Below are positions 57,741 through 64,000 of a stretch of DNA of 64,000 nt, piece after piece. The notes below the pieces were generated by a model. It had not been told where the DNA came from and made no database searches. It worked only from the letters and a program-made list of their open reading frames with translations. The stretch covers positions 12,028,001 through 12,092,000 of the forward strand of contig OX597838.1 of the NCBI GenBank assembly GCA_951406725.2, read 5' to 3'. Both the position numbers and the translations under genes were made by a program. Position 1 is the stretch's first letter. Each line of letters opens with the position of its first letter. The stretch is from Octopus vulgaris (Eukaryota).

Positions 57741-57907
57741 CTGTAGGTAGGTGTATATATATATATATAACTACACACCTTCCTACATACACATATACGT
57801 ACACACACTCATAATATGCATACACAAATATTTACATATCTATATGCATATACATATAAGTAAATGCATATATGTATATTTATATATATATATGTGTATA
57901 TATGTAA

Positions 57908-57948
<41 letters not shown>

Positions 57949-58028
57949 TATATACATATACATATATATATACGTATATATAAATATATATAAATATATA
58001 TATATGTATATGTGTATGTATATATATA

Positions 58029-58059
<31 letters not shown>

Positions 58060-58074
58060 GTATATGTGTATGTG

Positions 58075-58155
<81 letters not shown>

Positions 58156-58373
58156 GCACCACACACACAAGGCTTTTTAATTTTAAAGCGTAGGTGTCAT
58201 AATTCTTTGGCGAACTGCAGTAAATATAAACACACAGAAACACACTCACATATGCACAAAGACACACTGAGACAAGCACGTACATATATGTGTGTGCGCG
58301 CGTGTGAATTCGTGTATATATAAAAGTACACGAATGCATAATATAACCATACACATATGTGTGTGTGTGTGTG

Positions 58374-58414
<41 letters not shown>

Positions 58415-58648
58415 ACATATACTTTTATACACACACACACACATGTTCTAATATGATCTTTTATCTTCTATCTTTTACATGTTTACATGTGTCAATCATC
58501 AGATTTCGGCCAGAATTTTTAGTCGAATAAATTGACCTCCGTACTTTTTAAAGCCCTTGTTCTTATTATGTCCGACACTTTTGACTAAAACACCTACACC
58601 ACTTGTTGAGTGGTGGGGGTGGGGGACAAAGACAGACACCGGTATATA

Positions 58649-59183
58649 CAGGGTGTCCCAAAAAAATGTATACACATGCTGCAACAGTCTGTCATGCCAA
58701 GCATTAGAGAGGACTTTGAACAGGAAGAGTTTTATTTCCAGCAAGATGGGGCACCTCCACACTACCATCGCGATGTTAGATCCTTTCTTGATGGGATCTT
58801 GCCAAACAAGTGGATTGGACGGAGAGGTTTTGTCGAATACCCTCCACGTTCACCAGACCTCACACCACTAGACTTCTTTTTATGGGGATACCTAAAGGAC
58901 AAAGTCTACGCACAGAAACCTGCAACAGTCGTTCAATTGAGGGCAACCATTGAACATGAATGTACGAATATCCCAAGGGAATTGTTCCATGATGTGTGCC
59001 ATTCCATCGCTTCGCGTTGTCAGCAGTGTCTGGAGCAGAACGGACATCAGTTTGAGAACATGCGATAACAAGACAACAGAATGATATTTGTAAATTCTTT
59101 TACATGTTGAAAATTATTCGAATTATAATAAACCCCAAATTTACAATTATTTAAGGTGTGTATACATTTTTTGGGACACCTTA
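58649..59183 (+). mobile_element. Internally deleted Tc1/mariner-superfamily DD41D (rosa/Visitor-type) transposon
   Basis: ~28-bp TIRs (cagggtgtcccaaaaaaatgtatacaca) flanked by TA. Encodes FQQDGAPPH..WIGRRG..PPRSPDLTPLDFFLWGYLK, with 41 residues between the 2nd and 3rd catalytic D. Confidence 0.9.
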
Positions 59184-59218
59184 TATATATATTTATATAT
59201 ATATATATATATATATTA

Positions 59219-59306
<88 letters not shown>

Positions 59307-59987
59307 TACGTATGTATGTGTATATGTTACTAAAATACGTTGGAAATTCCAGTCTTGCTGTTGTATTCGTTTTATTCTCTTGAGTATCGGTGGTTGAAGA
59401 GGGGTTTCGTTTGTTAGTTCTCTATGCTGCTATAATATTAGAATCCTTACGTTCTTTTTGAAACGAAATGTTTTGTTTCCTAGATACTACTTTATAACTA
59501 TAAGTTAATCCTAATTTATTTTGATGCTGTTTATGTCTGTAGTAATAAGTAGGTGTCGACCTAATGGACATGCCACTTTAAACTCTCTCTCCTGCTGATT
59601 CCTGTCGATTTCCTGGGAGTGATTATGTTTTTAACACCGTTGACACCGCTGGATTGAATGCCAAATTGATAATGCTATAGTTACGATACCTAGGCAGGTG
59701 ATGATGAAACTTTACTGATATCAGCTCCGCAGGTGATGATGGGAATGTATATTTGATATACTAGTTTCGGAGTCTTGTTATTCGGAGTTGTCTTTCATTC
59801 GCGTAAAGTTCAACGCGTTTGTGGATACAAGATTTATGATGATTACGCATATTGATATTGGATGATCTAGTTCATAGATATCTTATTAGGTTAGGATAAC
59901 ACTCAGATAAGGGTTTCTAGTTTTCGGAGGTTCTGTGGCACACACACACATCTCCACATACACACTCACACACACGTACGTACCCAC

Positions 59988-60052
<65 letters not shown>

Positions 60053-60351
60053 TATCGTTTAGTACACACAACATTTAAATAACAGTTTCTGCCGAATTAG
60101 CATGAAAATCCTGTCTATAATAAATGATATTTATCTCTCACAGGATGGTGCACTTTTCTGTTTGGCCTACCTATAACGGAACAGTAAACTATACACACAC
60201 ACGCACACACACAGACACAAACATACACACAGACACAAACACCACACACACACACACTCACATACACATATATATGTGTGTGTATATATACACACACACT
60301 CATATATATTTATAGATAGATAGATAGGTAGATGCATAGATACATACATAA

Positions 60352-60394
<43 letters not shown>

Positions 60395-60839
60395 CACACA
60401 TACCCATGCGCATATATAAATAGAACAGCTAAGAGAAGTGAGGTGAGTGAATAGATATTTATTCCATTCGCTTACAGCTGTTTCACAATTATATATTTGA
60501 TACTGCATCAAAGTTCGCTCGTATATAAAATATACATATATATGTGTGCGCACATCCATATATGAAATATAGCTGAAAAGTAAAAGTGTGATACTTGTCT
60601 TCAGAACTATTCATGGTAGTTCCAAATCTCAACTCTACCACAGAGAGCAAACTGACCTAATATATATTCACAGGTAATAGATGTACTCAGTATTTTAGTA
60701 TAAACATTTTATATCAGAAAAATATAACAGCAAATAATAAAATTCGAGATTGGATGAGACATTTGTAACAACACCTTGAACACATCCTCCTACATACTGT
60801 TTGTCACAGTTGACTAGTTGGCAGAATACTGTCGGGATA

Positions 60840-61210
60840 CGAAGAGAATGTCGAAGCTCGCCATTCAATAAAATTTTGTATTAAACTGAGCAAAATACAA
60901 CCGAAGCTTTTGATATGCTCCAAACTGTTTATGAATTAATTTGTCGAGCATGATTTTCGCTGACACAAAAGGCCATGTAAAGCAAGTTCACCGGGAAGCC
61001 AGTGATGGTCCCTTTTTCAAAAGCCTCGTCATTATCTGCATCCACTGGATTCCCTCTGGTCAGACGGTCAACAAAGAGTTCTTACTGGAGGTTTGAGGAA
61101 ATTGAGCGAGAGATTTCGTCGTAAGAGCACTAGGACAATGCCTCAGTCTACAATTCCATCCAGGTAACCAACTACTTGACAGAGATGGGGACCAAACCTA
61201 TCCCTCACAC
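60840..61210 (+). mobile_element. Heavily deleted mariner transposase relic
   Basis: EARHSIKFCIKL..EAFDMLQTVY, HWIPSGQTVNKE and DNASVYNSIQVTNYLTEMG. Confidence 0.7.
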
Positions 61211-61470
61211 ACTCTCTCTCTATACAGCCCATTCCTTGCGTGGTGGATTTGAAAAAATATATTATATAAGCACGAGGCATATACTGTATTGCCTCGTATA
61301 TCTAGGCGTTTCTGCTAAAGAGAGCTCCGCCTAGCAAATTACTTTATTTGCTAATTTTAAGCTAGAAACCATGGCCCAGGAGATAGATAGTAAGCGTGGT
61401 TTGGATTTTGGCTACTCCTTCTAGTGCGTTTAAATATCTAACTTGTCCTTTATGCTTGAGGTCTATGCGG

Positions 61471-61554
61471 TCATCTGATGAGAACGGTTTACTTTGTAAT
61501 GATGCAATTCTTTCATTGATCAGTTAAAGGAGTCGCTCGAAACGGCCGTAATGA
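61471..61554 (+). ncRNA. Type I hammerhead ribozyme, canonical core
   Basis: tcat-CTGATGA-gaacgg..tcgctc-GAAA-cggccg-TA-atga. Helix III is the palindrome ACGGCCGT, and (TA)n follows about 30 bp downstream. Confidence 0.7.
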
Positions 61555-61583
61555 ATTTTTATCTTTGTTGCTCATTGAATATG

Positions 61584-61620
<37 letters not shown>

Positions 61621-62139
61621 ATGTGTGTGTGTGTGTGTGCATATAATTATTTGTAGGATTCGTTTGAATCAAGGTATCTTAATATACATGTCACTAAGCG
61701 AGGATCGAGATTTGCACATCTATGTATGTACCATGTACAAGCATATCCCTATATACCCATGCCTATATAGACATATCCATCGACTTACACATACATGTAC
61801 GATCATACACAAAGATAGACGTTTCGTATAGATATATATGTACATGAAAATATATACCATGAACACTGGCATCAACAAAAGGAAGTTTCTAGAAATTACC
61901 TTTACACGAAATAAAAACACAAATGGGTTAAAGGTTCACTACAGCTGTTTCGAAAGCGTCTTTTCATTGATGGATAGTTCGATTATATCATTAAAAACTC
62001 CATTGCGTGTGTATATATCTATATAAGTGGTGTATGCTTGTGATTGTGTACAAGTTCGTCCCTACATATATATATATATATATATATATGTATCCACATG
62101 CGCATGTGCCACACACACACACATGCACCCACACATATA

Positions 62140-62200
<61 letters not shown>

Positions 62201-62741
62201 CAGTGTGTATGTTTCTATATGCTTGTGTGCATAAATAGAAGTGTGTCTAGTATGATTCTATGTAAGTATATGTTATAATATATGTACCCATTTGATTGTC
62301 TATGAGTTAGTAGGAATTTCTCTTTCGGTTCTAGGACATTTCTGTTGACTATACTACGCTGATCACCCTTAACCTAATCTCTCTTCCCTCTTCTCCATAT
62401 TTCTTCCTCTCTGTCTTCTTCTTATCTCTGACCATCCATCTCGTCGTGTTTAAATAAATGATTTTATGTGAGATTGTCCGTAGATTGTTCTATGACCTAT
62501 ACATCGATGAAATCTTAGCCCGTGAAATTAGCTAAGCCTCAGGGTATTTTCATTCACTTCATTGATGCCAAAATGAAGGAAACAACCCACATTCCACATC
62601 TTGCTATTTTTTTCTTCTTTTACGCTGAACTAATTTCAGCCGCAGAAAATCAGAAAACGTTATATTTCACGATGTAGTCAAATTATCCCTCAATAAAAAA
62701 ACGCGTCTGAAAACAACTGTAGTGCCCCTTGACCCATTTGT

Positions 62742-62922
<181 letters not shown>

Positions 62923-62944
62923 TATATTTATATTTATATTTATA

Positions 62945-63097
62945 TGGTAATAATGGAATTTTTTTAGAGATTTCTGTCGGCTTTTTTTCAAGTAGCGTGC
63001 GTATTGTGAAAAACTATACGGTAATGAACAATATGCCCAATTTTCGGCATATTTGGCATTAGAAATTTTTTCGTTTACCCTTATTTATAAGTTGTTG
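62945..63097 (+). mobile_element. Short copy of the 50772-50906 family between TA tracts
   Basis: Its reverse complement aligns with aacttataaaataaggg..ttctaatgccaa.tatgccgaaaa..gccga.agaaat..ttcc.ttattacc. Confidence 0.7.
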
Positions 63098-63114
63098 ATA
63101 TACATATATATATA

Positions 63115-63322
63115 GGTTTCAGAATTTGACACAGTTCTGAGGGAAAGGGGATAAGTCGAGTACAACGACCCGAATAGTCAACTGATGCTTACTTAATGGA
63201 CCCCCGAATGGATGAAAGGTAAACTCCCACCCCTGTAGGATTTTCAACTCGGAACGGAAAGACGGACGAAAAGAAGCCAAGCAATTTGTCTGGCGTGATA
63301 ACCATTGTGCCACCTCGCCAAC
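63115..63322 (-). mobile_element. Diverged A-prime SINE
   Basis: cccccgaatggatgaaagg..gacggacgaaa..tgccacctcgcc. Confidence 0.6.
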
Positions 63323-63331
63323 TTATATTAT

Positions 63332-63390
<59 letters not shown>

Positions 63391-63841
63391 CATTATTTCC
63401 ACACTGCTTAAACGTCACGCAAGGGGAATCACTTTAACAAAAAGAAATGAATCAAATACATCTACAAAAAACGGACAGATTTAATTTCATGAACACAATT
63501 ACAAAGAGTAAATCAAAAACAATCGTAAACAAAACATCAAAAGGTAAAAAAGGATAAAGGAAATTTTTCAAATGTTTCTTTTTTGGCTGTATTTTTTGGT
63601 GCTTATATAGTTTTTGCAATTGTTTTCTTTGAAATTCTGCTTTTGTTAAAATGACTTCTAATCCCTTTTTGTTTAATCTAAGTACAAATTGGCTTATAGA
63701 GAGAATAGGAAAAATATCTATCTAGACACACACACACACACACACACATACACACACACGCACACGCATACACATATTTATCTATCGATGTCTTTCTTTG
63801 CATATACATATATATTATATAGATACATGTGGCTATATATG

Positions 63842-63990
<149 letters not shown>

Positions 63991-64000
63991 TGTATGTGTG

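Noticed and set aside
60470-62725. GAAACAGCTGTA-like half-motifs near 60475, 61940 and 62712
   Set aside because: They may be decayed PLE hammerhead halves, but the CUGANGA half is absent, distant or weakly paired.

Overview
This is AT-rich, extremely microsatellite-dense eukaryotic non-coding DNA. The SINE repertoire suggests an octopod cephalopod, but that is my recognition and not a database result. I found no supportable host gene, rRNA, true tRNA or CRISPR array, and nearly all ORFs in the track are translations of simple repeats or SINEs. The window is a mosaic of four modular tRNA-derived SINE families (A-D here), decayed LINE fragments (R4/Dong, RTE/RTE-X, CR1), Tc1/mariner relics including an internally deleted DD41D element with both TIRs, and many Penelope-like element (PLE) fragments embedded in (TA)n/(CA)n tracts. 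The most interesting signal is about eight type I hammerhead-ribozyme-like folds on both strands, each with a minimal palindromic helix III. Three have a canonical CUGANGA core, three share a U4C core (CCGANGA) with an ACTC-N-GAGT helix III and covarying stems, and two share a CUG-U-Y-GA-A core. They occur alongside GIY-YIG remnants and long fold-back palindromes, and one related copy begins exactly at a predicted cleavage site. All folds were done by eye and catalytic activity is untested.
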